From a virus (taxonomy: Duplodnaviria; Caudoviricetes): DNA of 64,000 nt. Position numbers and translations under genes: made by a program. The stretch spans positions 14,759 through 78,758 of the IMG/VR virus record IMGVR_UViG_2865671049_000004. One strand, written 5' to 3'. The notes under the pieces are model-generated. The model was not told the origin of the DNA. It ran no database searches and saw only the letters and a list, made by a program, of their open reading frames with translations. Each line of letters starts with the position of its first letter. The stretch's first letter is position 1. Positions 16,249 to 24,831 of the stretch are shown here, piece by piece.

Positions 16249-16278
16249 AGTGTAGCGGGATGCCCCGGCACCGATCAA
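16249..16278 (-). promoter_or_regulatory. Housekeeping-sigma-type promoter
   Basis: Minus strand TTGATC-N18-TACACT. Confidence 0.6.
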
Positions 16279-16318
16279 GGGTCGGGCGGATGTCAGTGCC
16301 GGCTGCCACCATCCCGCC

Positions 16319-16849
16319 ATGAATGATCCCCTCGGCTCATGGGGTGCCGGCCCGTGCCGTGACTGCGGCGGCCACTCCCCCGGGCGTTGGCCTGGTGAGC
16401 GTTGTCGTCCGTGCTGGGAGGCGCGCGTGGCGGCCCGCAATGCCGTCTTCTGGTCCGGTCCGACGGGCCTGTACCGCCTGTACGACGCGGACGGGTTGCT
16501 GCTGTACGTGGGGCTGAGTACGGAGCCGGAGCGGCGTTTCAGGGAGCACCGCAGGACGCCGTGGTGGCGGGACGTTGACCCGGTACGGACCACGATCGAG
16601 TGGTTGAACTGCGGGGGGAACGCGGCGATCAGCATGGAGTGGAAGGTGATCGCCGTGGAGCGGCCGGCAGCGAATGTGGAGGGAGCGGTGGCCCTGCCGC
16701 CTGGGTGTCCGGACCTGCCGGAGCTGGGGGTGTGGTTTGACCGGGACGCGCAGTATCGGGTCTGGCGGCGGTGGTTCGTGGTGTGGCGGGATTGTCGGTT
16801 GAACGGGGAGGAGTTGGCGGCGAGGGCGGCGTGTTGTTCGAGGCGGTAG
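16319..16849 (+). CDS. GIY-YIG nuclease-family protein
   Basis: GLYRLYDADGLLLYVGLSTEPERRFREH. Confidence 0.8.
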   Translation: MNDPLGSWGAGPCRDCGGHSPGRWPGERCRPCWEARVAARNAVFWSGPTGLYRLYDADGLLLYVGLSTEPERRFREHRRTPWWRDVDPVRTTIEWLNCGGNAAISMEWKVIAVERPAANVEGAVALPPGCPDLPELGVWFDRDAQYRVWRRWFVVWRDCRLNGEELAARAACCSRR

Positions 16850-16944
16850 CGAACAGTTCGTCACGGAAGCATCACGTCCACCACGGGTGTCGGTGGTGGC
16901 TGGGAGCATCTGCCCCACCACATCACCATTCCGGGGAGAGCCCC

Positions 16945-17304
16945 TTGTCCAACCCCAACTACCAGCCGCCGCAGCGTCAGGTTGTGAAGCGCGGCGCGAA
17001 CCATGGCCTGCACGTAGCGTTGAGCGTTTTGACGTGCGGCCTGTGGGCGATCACGGGTTGGCCTATCGCTGCGGCGATGGGCCGGAAGACCGTGACGACG
17101 ACGAACGGCGGAATGCCACCGTACGCGGCCCCGCAGCCCCCTCCCGGATACGGGCCGCCACCGCAGGGCTACAGGCCGCCTCAGGGCCCGTACGGGGCCG
17201 CGCCGGGCCCATACCCGCCGCAGGGGCAGACCCCGCCGCAGGGCACCAGCTGGCAGGGCACCGGGCAGTGGCCCCAGCAGCCACCCGGACCGCCCCAGCA
17301 GTAG
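16945..17304 (+). CDS. Membrane protein with a Pro/Gly/Gln-rich tail
   Basis: ANHGLHVALSVLTCGLWAITGW TM segment; TTG start with GGAGAG RBS. Confidence 0.7.
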   Translation: MSNPNYQPPQRQVVKRGANHGLHVALSVLTCGLWAITGWPIAAAMGRKTVTTTNGGMPPYAAPQPPPGYGPPPQGYRPPQGPYGAAPGPYPPQGQTPPQGTSWQGTGQWPQQPPGPPQQ

Positions 17305-17354
17305 ACACACCTGCGCCCCGCCGCGAGCAACACGGCGGGGCGCAGTCACGTCCG

Positions 17355-17534
17355 TCAAGGGCGAGACGCCATCAACAGGACCACCCGCGTGAACACCTCC
17401 ACCATCTCCGAGTCCCGCTGCGGCCCGACCGGCGCGGCCCTACCCTCGGCGATCCGCTGCTCCATGAACTCGGAGGTGAACGAGGACGCCGCGGTCAGCA
17501 TCTCGTCAGTCAGCCACTCCCCCGAACTACTCAC
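17355..17534 (-). CDS. Small hypothetical protein (59 aa)
   Basis: MSSSGEWLTDEML...LMASRP*; overlaps the stop of the upstream gene. Confidence 0.55.
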   Translation of the reverse strand: MSSSGEWLTDEMLTAASSFTSEFMEQRIAEGRAAPVGPQRDSEMVEVFTRVVLLMASRP

Positions 17535-18066
17535 AGGTCACCACCGGATCCACCCTCTCGATCCAATCAGTGCGCCACAGCACCACCTGCCTCGTACCGT
17601 GCCCGTACCAGCCGTCACCGAGGGAGTACCGCAAGAGCGGGTCCTGCTGCGTCCACCACTTGATGCGCGCCAGGTCCTCGTCCAAGACCTGGTACGGGGC
17701 GGACGTGAGGGCCGCAGGCCGGCCGTCCTTCAGCCACCCCACCGGATGGTCCAGCCAGCCCGCGTCCGGCCTCCCGCCGCCGTAGTGCGTGCAGCTGTCC
17801 CCGCCACGCGACGGCCGGCATGTGCGGCTGCTGCGCCGTTGGAGCCACCGGGGGCAGCAACCGCGAACCGACCGCTTGAGGCCGTACTCCTCCGCCCAGC
17901 CGACGATGGCTTCCTGCTTGGCTCGCTGGAGGGGGAGGCGGGCGTTGAAGGCGTCGGGATCGGTGCGCCTGAGGTGGAGGGGAGGCGTTTCGATGCCGTA
18001 CGGCCAGTCGATTTCGTGATCGTTGGTGCCGAAGATCTTGGCGGCTCGGGTGAACAGGTCGGTCAT
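17527..18066 (-). CDS. Hypothetical protein
   Basis: MTDLFTRAA...; WLDHPVGW.KDGRP..LTSAPY; AAGGAG RBS. Confidence 0.7.
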   Translation of the reverse strand: MTDLFTRAAKIFGTNDHEIDWPYGIETPPLHLRRTDPDAFNARLPLQRAKQEAIVGWAEEYGLKRSVRGCCPRWLQRRSSRTCRPSRGGDSCTHYGGGRPDAGWLDHPVGWLKDGRPAALTSAPYQVLDEDLARIKWWTQQDPLLRYSLGDGWYGHGTRQVVLWRTDWIERVDPVVTCE

Positions 18067-18143
18067 GCGCTGCTCCTTCACGCGGGGTGCAGAGACAGTG
18101 TCGGGGAGGCTGTGACTGCTGGCGCCGGGATTTGCCAAACTGA

Positions 18144-18410
18144 TCAGGTGTCGGTACTGCACGCGCAGTCGGGCTGGGTGCAGTAGCCGGCTTCGCCTTC
18201 GCAGACGCCGCCGCAGTTCGGGTCGGGGCACGGGCCGTAGATCACGCCACGGATGCACAGGTAGTAGCCGCTGAGGTCATGACCGCACGGGCACTCGGCC
18301 GGCTTGACCGGGACCGCGGCAAGGACGGCCAGCACGCCGGGAGCACCGAGGCTCGATGCGGCTACCAGCTCGTTGAACTCGGCATCGGTGGGATCGGTCT
18401 CGGCGCCCAT
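18144..18410 (-). CDS. Cys-rich hypothetical protein
   Basis: CPCGH...LCIRG...CPDPNCGGVC..CTQPDCAC. Confidence 0.65.
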   Translation of the reverse strand: MGAETDPTDAEFNELVAASSLGAPGVLAVLAAVPVKPAECPCGHDLSGYYLCIRGVIYGPCPDPNCGGVCEGEAGYCTQPDCACSTDT

Positions 18411-18413
18411 GGG

Positions 18414-18659
18414 TCAGCCCTCCTCGGCGGCGTGGGCCGCTTCGTACCGGATCTGCTGGAGCAGGGCGGCAGCCCGGTCCCTGCGGCGGGCCCGCGTCAC
18501 CTCGGCGTCGGCGGCGAGCGACCTGTTCTCCTCGCGGAGCCGGGCGACCTCGGCGAGGAGCCGGCCGACATCGGTCTGGCCGCGCCAGTCGGGGTGGGTG
18601 GAGGCCTCATGACGGGCCCGGATGTCGGCGAGCTGCTGGTCGGCCAGCGGTCCGGTCAC
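18414..18659 (-). CDS. Hypothetical coiled-coil protein
   Basis: QQLADIRARHEA...DVGRLLAEVARLR. Confidence 0.7.
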   Translation of the reverse strand: MTGPLADQQLADIRARHEASTHPDWRGQTDVGRLLAEVARLREENRSLAADAEVTRARRRDRAAALLQQIRYEAAHAAEEG

Positions 18660-18662
18660 GGG

Positions 18663-19001
18663 TCAGATCTCCATGGTTGCGGGGGTCTTCTGGTAGCCGG
18701 CGAGCAGTACGCCCTTCACGGCATAGACGGCGGCGCGCCAGCACGGGTCGCACGGCTGGTTACGGTCGGGGCGGTGGCCGAGCGGGGCTGTGATGTGGGC
18801 GTTGGCGTGGAGGTACTCGGCGGCGTTGGTCCAGGCGGCCAGGTGCTGCTCGCCGACCACCCACAGCAGCTGCGGCGGGTACAGGACGACGGCGCCGGCG
18901 GGCTTCGCGCTCTCGCGGGCGGCCAAGACCTTGGCGCTGAGGGCGGCGGCCTGCTCGTCGATCTCGTGGAGCGGCACGTTGAGCGAGTCGGGGGCGCTCA
19001 T
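18663..19001 (-). CDS. Hypothetical protein
   Basis: MSAPDSLNVP...ATMEI*; ATGA coupling. Confidence 0.65.
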   Translation of the reverse strand: MSAPDSLNVPLHEIDEQAAALSAKVLAARESAKPAGAVVLYPPQLLWVVGEQHLAAWTNAAEYLHANAHITAPLGHRPDRNQPCDPCWRAAVYAVKGVLLAGYQKTPATMEI

Positions 19002-19372
19002 CGGCCAACCTCCTGGGTACGGGCGGCGAGCCGCAGGAGCACGTCGGCGTGGCAGGGTGCGCCTTCGGGGCAGTAGCAGGCCAGGCTCTTCCCTCGGAGG
19101 GCCGGCAGGCCGTCGAGGATCCGCCGACGGGCCCGGTCGCCTTCCTCGGACTGCCACATGCTGCGGTTGCCGCGCAGCCAGTCCTCGAAGGCACCGACGA
19201 CGGCCTTGCGGGCCTGCTCGACGTCGCCGTCGCGGGCGTAGCCGAGTTCGTAGGCCATGGCGAGGGTGAACGGGTTCCCGAAGCGGGACGGGCGCGTGAC
19301 GATCACCGTGTTGTCGGGGGTGCGCCAGCCCTTGGTGCGGCGTCGTTGGATGCGGGAGGGCGTGAGGGTCAT
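18998..19372 (-). CDS. DUF4326 domain protein
   Basis: RIQRRRTKGW..VTRPSRFGNPF...LRGKSLACYC..PCHADVLL. Confidence 0.85.
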   Translation of the reverse strand: MTLTPSRIQRRRTKGWRTPDNTVIVTRPSRFGNPFTLAMAYELGYARDGDVEQARKAVVGAFEDWLRGNRSMWQSEEGDRARRRILDGLPALRGKSLACYCPEGAPCHADVLLRLAARTQEVGR

Positions 19373-19490
19373 GGGTGCTTCCTCCTGGTTCGTAGTCAAT
19401 TGTCCTGCAGTTTTGGGCGTGCGGGTAGCCCTGTGACGTGGCGGGATGCGCTCAACTCGACTTCGAGGAGCAGCGGGTGGGGCCGGCCGG

Positions 19491-19778
19491 CTAGCGAGGG
19501 TCTTCGTCGACCGTGACGCTGACCTTCACGTCCAGCGCTCGGGCGTACCGCATGATCGCCGACAGGCGGGGGTCCCCGCCCAGGCGTTCGAAGTCCGCCA
19601 CCGCAGCGGCGGTGGTCTCCATGGTGCCTGCAACCGCCTGGTGGGTGAGCCCGGCCGCCTGCCGGCGGGCTACGAGGGTCTCGATCAGGGTCACCTGCGC
19701 TTCCGCGTCTTCGGCGGCCTGCACTGTGCGGGGGTCGGTCGGGTCGATGCCGAGCAGGGTTGCCAGGTTGCTGTCCAC
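19491..19778 (-). CDS. XRE/HigA-like HTH protein
   Basis: LVARRQAAGLTHQAVAGTMETTAAAVADFERLGGDPRLSAIMRYARAL. Confidence 0.8.
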   Translation of the reverse strand: MDSNLATLLGIDPTDPRTVQAAEDAEAQVTLIETLVARRQAAGLTHQAVAGTMETTAAAVADFERLGGDPRLSAIMRYARALDVKVSVTVDEDPR

Positions 19779-19842
19779 GTGGTCCGTCCTCGTTCGGGTG
19801 GGGCCGGCGGGGCGTTGCGCCTGTCCGCAACGCCCCTGTCGG

Positions 19843-20085
19843 CTACTGGTTGTTGCAGGCGCAGTCGTGCGCGTCGGGCCCGTACTCGGGGCAGCCGGGC
19901 TTGTGCAGCTGCTTCGGCCAGCCCCCGACGGGCAGGCCGTCCTCGCGGGACTTCGGCGCGGCCGCCGCGGGAATCGCGTCGCCCTGCACATCGCCCGGGC
20001 GCTTGCTCAGGCTGCGGATGAACGACCGCAGGTCGCCCTGCGCGCGCATCTCCCGGATGTCACTGCTGTCGAAGTCGTCGCTCAC
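19843..20085 (-). CDS. Hypothetical protein
   Basis: MSDDFDSSDIREMRAQGDLRSF...DCACNNQ*. Confidence 0.65.
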   Translation of the reverse strand: MSDDFDSSDIREMRAQGDLRSFIRSLSKRPGDVQGDAIPAAAAPKSREDGLPVGGWPKQLHKPGCPEYGPDAHDCACNNQ

Positions 20086-20101
20086 GGAACTTCCCCTCAC
20101 G

Positions 20102-21493
20102 TCACTCGCGTGTCATGTCTACGAAGCGGGAGTAGTGACCTTGGAACGCCACGGTGATCGTGGCGGTAGCGCCGTTCCTGTGCTTGCCGACGATGACGTC
20201 CGCCTCGCCGGCCCGGGGAGATGTCTTCTCGTAAGCGTCCTCCCGGTGAAGGAGGATCACCAGATCCGCGTCCTGCTCAAGTGATCCCGACTCACGCAGG
20301 TCCGAAACCATCGGGATCTTCTCCGCGCGCAACTCAGGGCCGCGGTTCAACTGCGCCAACGCGATGATCGGCACATCGAGTTCCTTCGCGAGGAGCTTCA
20401 GGCTCCGCGAGATGTACGACACCTCGACCTGCCGCGACTCGAAACGCCGGTTGCTGCCGGAGCCGAGGAGCTGCAGGTAGTCGATGACGATCAGCTTCAG
20501 GCCCTGCTTCTCCTTCAGGCGACGGGCCTTGGCCCGGATCTGCGACAGGTCGAGGTTCGGGGAGTCGTCGATGTACAGCGGCGCACCGGTGACGTCGGGC
20601 ATGCGGCGGGCGATGCGCGTCCAGTCGTCGTCCTCCAGGACCCCGGCGCGCATGTTGTGCAGGCCGACGCGGGCTTCGGCGGACAGCATCCGCATGTTGA
20701 TCTCGTTGCGGGACATCTCCAGGGAGAAGATCACCGACGGGAGGTTGTGCTTGATGGAGCAGGCCCGCAGGAAGTCGTTAGCGATCGTCGACTTCCCCAT
20801 CGCCGGCCGGGCGGCGACGATGATGAACTGGCCGCCCTGCCAGCCCTGCGTGAGGGCGTCGAGGTCGTTGAAGCCGGTGGGCACGCCCGTGAGCTTGCCC
20901 TTGTTCTCGGCGATGGCCTCCAGGAAGTCGAGAGTGCCTTCCATGGACTCGGCGATCAGGTGGAGACCTTCCTCGGCCTGTTCGGCTTCGACGGCGGTGA
21001 TCTGCGCCTGGATGTCGGCGATGATCTCCTTGGGGTCTCCTGCGCCGGACAGGAGGTTCTGGGTGGCGCGCATGGTGGCCTGCGCGAAGTCCCGGGCGAC
21101 GAAGCGTTCGCGGACGATCTCGGCGTAGTACTCGCCGTTCGCCGCGGTCGGCACCGCGGCGACGAGCCTGTGCAGGTACGGGGCGCCGCCGGCGCGGACC
21201 AGTTCCCCGGACTTGAGGAGCGCCGCCGACACGGTGATTGGGTCGGCGACTTCGCCGGCACCGTGGAGCTCCATGATCGTGTTGTGGATGAGCTCGTGCG
21301 CGGGCCGGTAGTAGTGCTTGCCCTTGACGATCTGTCCGATGTCGTCGATGACCTTGCGGTTGAGGAGCATCGCACCGAGGACGGCCTCCTCGGCGTCCTG
21401 GTCGTGCGGGGCGGTGTAGTTGAGGCCGTCGGGTCGGCCGCCGCTAGCGGTGTCGTCGCGGTCGTCGTCGAACGGGTTGGTGTCGGTGGTCAT
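20102..21493 (-). CDS. dnaB: Replicative DNA helicase DnaB
   Basis: AEEAVLGAML; GVPTGFNDLD; AARPAMGKST; FSLEMS; IVIDYLQLL; QLNRGPE; SDLRESGSLEQDAD. Confidence 0.97.
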   Translation of the reverse strand: MTTDTNPFDDDRDDTASGGRPDGLNYTAPHDQDAEEAVLGAMLLNRKVIDDIGQIVKGKHYYRPAHELIHNTIMELHGAGEVADPITVSAALLKSGELVRAGGAPYLHRLVAAVPTAANGEYYAEIVRERFVARDFAQATMRATQNLLSGAGDPKEIIADIQAQITAVEAEQAEEGLHLIAESMEGTLDFLEAIAENKGKLTGVPTGFNDLDALTQGWQGGQFIIVAARPAMGKSTIANDFLRACSIKHNLPSVIFSLEMSRNEINMRMLSAEARVGLHNMRAGVLEDDDWTRIARRMPDVTGAPLYIDDSPNLDLSQIRAKARRLKEKQGLKLIVIDYLQLLGSGSNRRFESRQVEVSYISRSLKLLAKELDVPIIALAQLNRGPELRAEKIPMVSDLRESGSLEQDADLVILLHREDAYEKTSPRAGEADVIVGKHRNGATATITVAFQGHYSRFVDMTRE

Positions 21494-22434
21494 GCTGCTT
21501 CTCCAGCTTCGGTGCGGATGCGGCGGGCGACGGCGGCGGGGTGGCAGTCGTCGCAGGGGACGAGCTCGTTGTCCCGGGCGGGGTCCTTGCGCATGCGGTG
21601 GTTGGGGTCTTGGCAGTGGCCGCACCAGTCGGAGCGACTGTCGACGGCCTTGCGGACAGTGGGGACGGTGGAGCGGTCGCAGTGCTTCGCGAGGTCGGTC
21701 CAACCGTTCGCGACCAGTTCGCGAGCCCGGTCGCAGAGCCACGCCAGGGGGACGCCCGCGGCCAGACGCTCGGCCGCGTCGTCGAGGAGCTTGCTGCGGG
21801 AGTCCCCGAACAGCGGCCTACCGAGAGCTTCCTCGTAGGCGGCAAGGACCCTGGCGGCCTGGCCCGTGAAGAGATCGTTCTCTCTCTCCTCCGGGTCCAC
21901 AGGAGGCTCCACGGCGGCCTGCCGGGGCAGTTGAGGAGGAGAGAGAGTCTTCTTCCGACTGGTGTGCTTGGAGTTGTTCTTCTTATGCGGCAGATCAGCC
22001 ACCGTAGGTTGAGCCACCGCTGGTTCAGCCACCGTAGGCTGACCCAACGTAGGCTCAGCCTGCGTAGGCTCAGCCACCGCAGGTTCTGACCTGCGGTTTT
22101 CCAGCTCCAGAGCGCCGATTGCGGACTCGGGCTGGTCGGTGATGAAGTACACAGCGCCACCGAGGGTGCCGTTCGTGTTCCGCAGCCGGGTGCGCTGGAG
22201 GTACCCCAGCGTTTCGAGGTTGCGCAGCGACGTTTTGATGGCCGTGATGCCGTCGGTGGGGGAGCAGGCGGCGATGGATTCGGCGCTGACGCCGTAGCCG
22301 TCGCGGTGGGTGCTGATCAGCCCGAAGACGCCCTTGTCGCGGAAGGAGAGCCGCGTGTCCCGGAAGAGGGCGTTGCGGATCTGGGTGAACGCATCGGCGG
22401 CCATCGGGCCGCGGCGGATCCGTCCGTAGTTCAC
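21490..22434 (-). CDS. Phage replication initiator (N-terminal wHTH) containing iterons
   Basis: FTQIRNALFRDTRLSFRDKG...LRNLETLGYL; directly upstream of dnaB; internal 5-aa repeats. Confidence 0.75.
   Translation of the reverse strand: MNYGRIRRGPMAADAFTQIRNALFRDTRLSFRDKGVFGLISTHRDGYGVSAESIAACSPTDGITAIKTSLRNLETLGYLQRTRLRNTNGTLGGAVYFITDQPESAIGALELENRRSEPAVAEPTQAEPTLGQPTVAEPAVAQPTVADLPHKKNNSKHTSRKKTLSPPQLPRQAAVEPPVDPEERENDLFTGQAARVLAAYEEALGRPLFGDSRSKLLDDAAERLAAGVPLAWLCDRARELVANGWTDLAKHCDRSTVPTVRKAVDSRSDWCGHCQDPNHRMRKDPARDNELVPCDDCHPAAVARRIRTEAGEAA
21997..22086. repeat. Six tandem 15-bp iteron-like repeats (candidate origin)
   Basis: AGCCACCGTAGGTTG / AGCCACCGCTGGTTC / AGCCACCGTAGGCTG / ACCCAACGTAGGCTC / AGCCTGCGTAGGCTC / AGCCACCGCAGGTTC next to an AT-richer stretch at 21971-21987. 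Confidence 0.75.
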
Positions 22435-22952
22435 GTCTGGTCCCCCTTTCGTGAGTTGCAGGGCCGGCAGAGCACTCGGAGGTTGTCGACCGTGTCGGAG
22501 CCGCCGAGGGACCAGGGGTAGATGTGGTCGAGCGTCAGGTCGTCGACCGCTCCGCAGGAGACGCACCGATGCCCGTCGCGATCTCGGACAGCCGCGCGAG
22601 TTGCTGCAGGGATGGTCTTTCGGTTGACCTGACCGCCTCTGAGCGCGACCTTGGCGCCTTGGCGAGCCGCGCGCTCCTGCATCGCTGCCTGGGCCTCGGC
22701 GAGTTCTCGGCGCCGGCGGGCAGTGAGCAAGACGAGCATGCCGTCGTCTACGTAGGCGAGACCCTGGTCGATGAGGTAGGCGAATGCAGCGCGGACTTCA
22801 GCGACGGAGAGCTCGGTCTTGTCGGCCCATCGTTCGTGGTCGAGCGGGGTGAAGTAGGCGCCCGACTCGCCAGCGATCAACTGCGCGATCATGGTGGCTG
22901 TGCTCCAGCCGGTTTTCATGCCTGGGTGCCAGGCGGCAGCAAGGTCGTTCAT
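22431..22952 (-). CDS. HNH endonuclease
   Basis: VRDRDGHRCVSCG..LTLDHIYPWSLGGSDTVDNLRVLCRPCNSRKG. Confidence 0.9.
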   Translation of the reverse strand: MNDLAAAWHPGMKTGWSTATMIAQLIAGESGAYFTPLDHERWADKTELSVAEVRAAFAYLIDQGLAYVDDGMLVLLTARRRRELAEAQAAMQERAARQGAKVALRGGQVNRKTIPAATRAAVRDRDGHRCVSCGAVDDLTLDHIYPWSLGGSDTVDNLRVLCRPCNSRKGDQT

Positions 22953-23056
22953 TGGATCGCCGCCAGCTGCAGGGGCGGAGTGTGCGTGCGCACGTCGTCT
23001 CCAGGGGAGCGAAGTTCGAGGGGGTGGGGGCCGCCCCTGCGTGGGGCGGCCCGGGG

Positions 23057-23254
23057 TCAGCGGCCGAGGATCCGGTCGATGGTGCGCTGCGCCGTGGTGG
23101 CGGGCAGGTCACCGGTGACGGTGTGCTCGCGGGTGGCCGGCAGGTAGTGCGTCTCGACGTTGGTGAAGCCGAGCTGCCTGGCGTCGCGCGCGGTGGCGAC
23201 GGCCTGGGCGGCGGCACCGGGCTTGCTGGCGTGGATGACCGACAGGAGCTTCAC
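23057..23254 (-). CDS. Hypothetical protein
   Basis: 65 aa, GTGA coupling. Confidence 0.65.
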   Translation of the reverse strand: MKLLSVIHASKPGAAAQAVATARDARQLGFTNVETHYLPATREHTVTGDLPATTAQRTIDRILGR

Positions 23255-23469
23255 GCGGTCACCACCGCGGCCGGGGTGACGTCGACGAGGGAGCCGAACA
23301 GGCTGGTGAGGATCTCCCAGGCGTCGGCGCGGGCCAGCTGCGCCGGCGAGTACGCGGCGACGATGCCCTCGCGGATCCGCTGGTACCGGATCGGGTGCGG
23401 TGCGTCGTCGGGGAGGGCCGGCGCGAGGGCGGCGGGGAGACTGTGGAACTTCTCAAGAACAGCTGCCAT
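23251..23469 (-). CDS. Hypothetical protein
   Basis: 72 aa, AAAGGAG RBS. Confidence 0.7.
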   Translation of the reverse strand: MAAVLEKFHSLPAALAPALPDDAPHPIRYQRIREGIVAAYSPAQLARADAWEILTSLFGSLVDVTPAAVVTA

Positions 23470-23533
23470 GATGGTGTTGCTCCTTTCGCGAGCGCCTCGG
23501 TTCCTAGGCCAGGTGGCGTTCGCATCGGATTCG

Positions 23534-23556
23534 ACGGCCCCGTCTATCGGGGCCGT
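23534..23556 (-). terminator. Hairpin downstream of the cro-like gene (tR1/nut-like position)
   Basis: acggccccg-tctat-cggggccgt. Confidence 0.55.
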
Positions 23557-23583
23557 TCGCGTTTGTGCTGCCGGCTTGGGGCG

Positions 23584-23817
23584 TTACGCCGCGAGCGCCG
23601 GGGTCAAGCTGGGCTCGTAGACCAGCGACTCGACGGAGACTCGGTAGCAGGCCGCGAGCCTCATGAGCGTGCCGATGCTGGGCTCTCCCTGTCCGTTGAC
23701 GAGGCGGGAGAGTGTTGCGCGGGCGACGCCGGAGCGCTTCGAGATGCGGTAGTCGGTCTTGTCTCCGAGCTTCTCGGCGACGTTGCGCAGGGCGGTTGCG
23801 TTGAGCTGGTGTGCCAT
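23584..23817 (-). CDS. Cro-like XRE HTH repressor
   Basis: ISKRSGVARATLSRLVNGQGEPSIGTLMRLA; divergent from cI and heads the early operon. Confidence 0.85.
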   Translation of the reverse strand: MAHQLNATALRNVAEKLGDKTDYRISKRSGVARATLSRLVNGQGEPSIGTLMRLAACYRVSVESLVYEPSLTPALAA

Positions 23818-23884
23818 ATGCACCCCCTCAATTGCATGGGCGGGATTGATTCCCCTAGCGGGACATCCTCAGCCTAGGCGAACC

Positions 23885-24018
23885 GTTCCATGCGCGCAAC
23901 TAGTTCCATGCATGTCGCACCCTGAAAGAGGCCGCCCCTCCCATCGGAGTGCCCCCTACCTGCCCGATTGCGCATGTGCAACCATTTGCGTCGAGGGCAC
24001 CACTCGGGTACCCGAGTG
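23885..24018. promoter_or_regulatory. cro/cI control region with candidate operators
   Basis: GTTCCATGC direct repeat (23885, 23903); imperfect palindromes GTTCCATGCGCGCAAC and ATTGCGCATGTGCAAC; perfect 18-bp palindrome CACTCGGGTACCCGAGTG (24001-24018). Confidence 0.65.
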
Positions 24019-24039
24019 ATCTAGGGAGGACTGCCGACA

Positions 24040-24489
24040 ATGACGCCAGCCGAAAGGTTCGCGGCCTGGCTCAAGCCGGCCATGCGGAACGCCGGTCTCG
24101 ACGTTGACCGCCAGCAGGGCGGCGGCCGGGCCGCGCTCGCCAAGGCATGCGACGTATCTCGCAGCACGGTGGGCCGCTGGCTGGACGGTCAGAGCCTGCC
24201 GGCAGCCAGCCACTTCAAGCCCATCGCCGACACCCTCAACCTGCCGGTCGCCGACGTACTCGTAGCCGGCGGGATCATCTCTCAGGACGACCTCGACGCC
24301 CCGCCCGTGACGCTCAACACGGAAGAGAGCATCGCGGCGCTGGCAGTGCGCTGGGGCATCCCCGAGGAGAACATGCCCATGTTCCGCGCTTCGGTGGAGG
24401 CGCTTGCCACCGGCTTCGCCGCGGGCCGCAAGCCGGAGGAGACACCCAAGCGGCGCCGCACCGTTCGACGCCCGACGGCATCCGAGTAG
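24040..24489 (+). CDS. CI-like immunity repressor (XRE HTH)
   Basis: AALAKACDVSRSTVGRWLDGQSLP; GGGAGG RBS. Confidence 0.85.
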   Translation: MTPAERFAAWLKPAMRNAGLDVDRQQGGGRAALAKACDVSRSTVGRWLDGQSLPAASHFKPIADTLNLPVADVLVAGGIISQDDLDAPPVTLNTEESIAALAVRWGIPEENMPMFRASVEALATGFAAGRKPEETPKRRRTVRRPTASE

Positions 24490-24500
24490 CCCAAACACAA

Positions 24501-24534
24501 CTGCGCCCCACCATCCCGCGATGGTGGGGCGCAG
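24501..24534. terminator. Bidirectional terminator between convergent genes
   Basis: ctgcgccccaccatc-ccgc-gatggtggggcgcag. Confidence 0.8.
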
Positions 24535-24546
24535 CCGTGTCTACCC

Positions 24547-24816
24547 CTACTCGTTCGTACCGTCGTCCGACGACTTGAGCCGCCTCTCGATCTTCTTGCC
24601 CGGCTGCTTGGGATTGGCCTCGAAGTAGGCCTCCACCGCCTCGGCGTTGAAGCGGAGCCGCGTGCTGCCCTCGGCGGCGACGGGGGAAGGGAAGACACCC
24701 CGCCGGCGGAGGTTATGGACGGTCTGCCTGCTCACTCCGTGGCGCTCTGCGATTTCGCCGATGGTCAACAGTTCTGGTGCCTCCTCTCGCTGCGGGTCCT
24801 GCGGCATGTCAGTCAT
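24547..24816 (-). CDS. AlpA/Xis-like HTH protein (candidate tra-operon regulator)
   Basis: LLTIGEIAERHGVSRQTVHNLRRRGVFPSP..RF.AEAVEAY; divergent from the tra operon promoter. Confidence 0.8.
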   Translation of the reverse strand: MTDMPQDPQREEAPELLTIGEIAERHGVSRQTVHNLRRRGVFPSPVAAEGSTRLRFNAEAVEAYFEANPKQPGKKIERRLKSSDDGTNE

Positions 24817-24831
24817 TGTGCCCGATTCCTC

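Noticed and set aside
24547-24816. Excisionase implying an adjacent integrase/attP
   Set aside because: The HTH is Xis/AlpA-like, but I found no tyrosine (R-H-R-H-Y) or serine recombinase ORF or att core in the window, so it is treated as a regulator.
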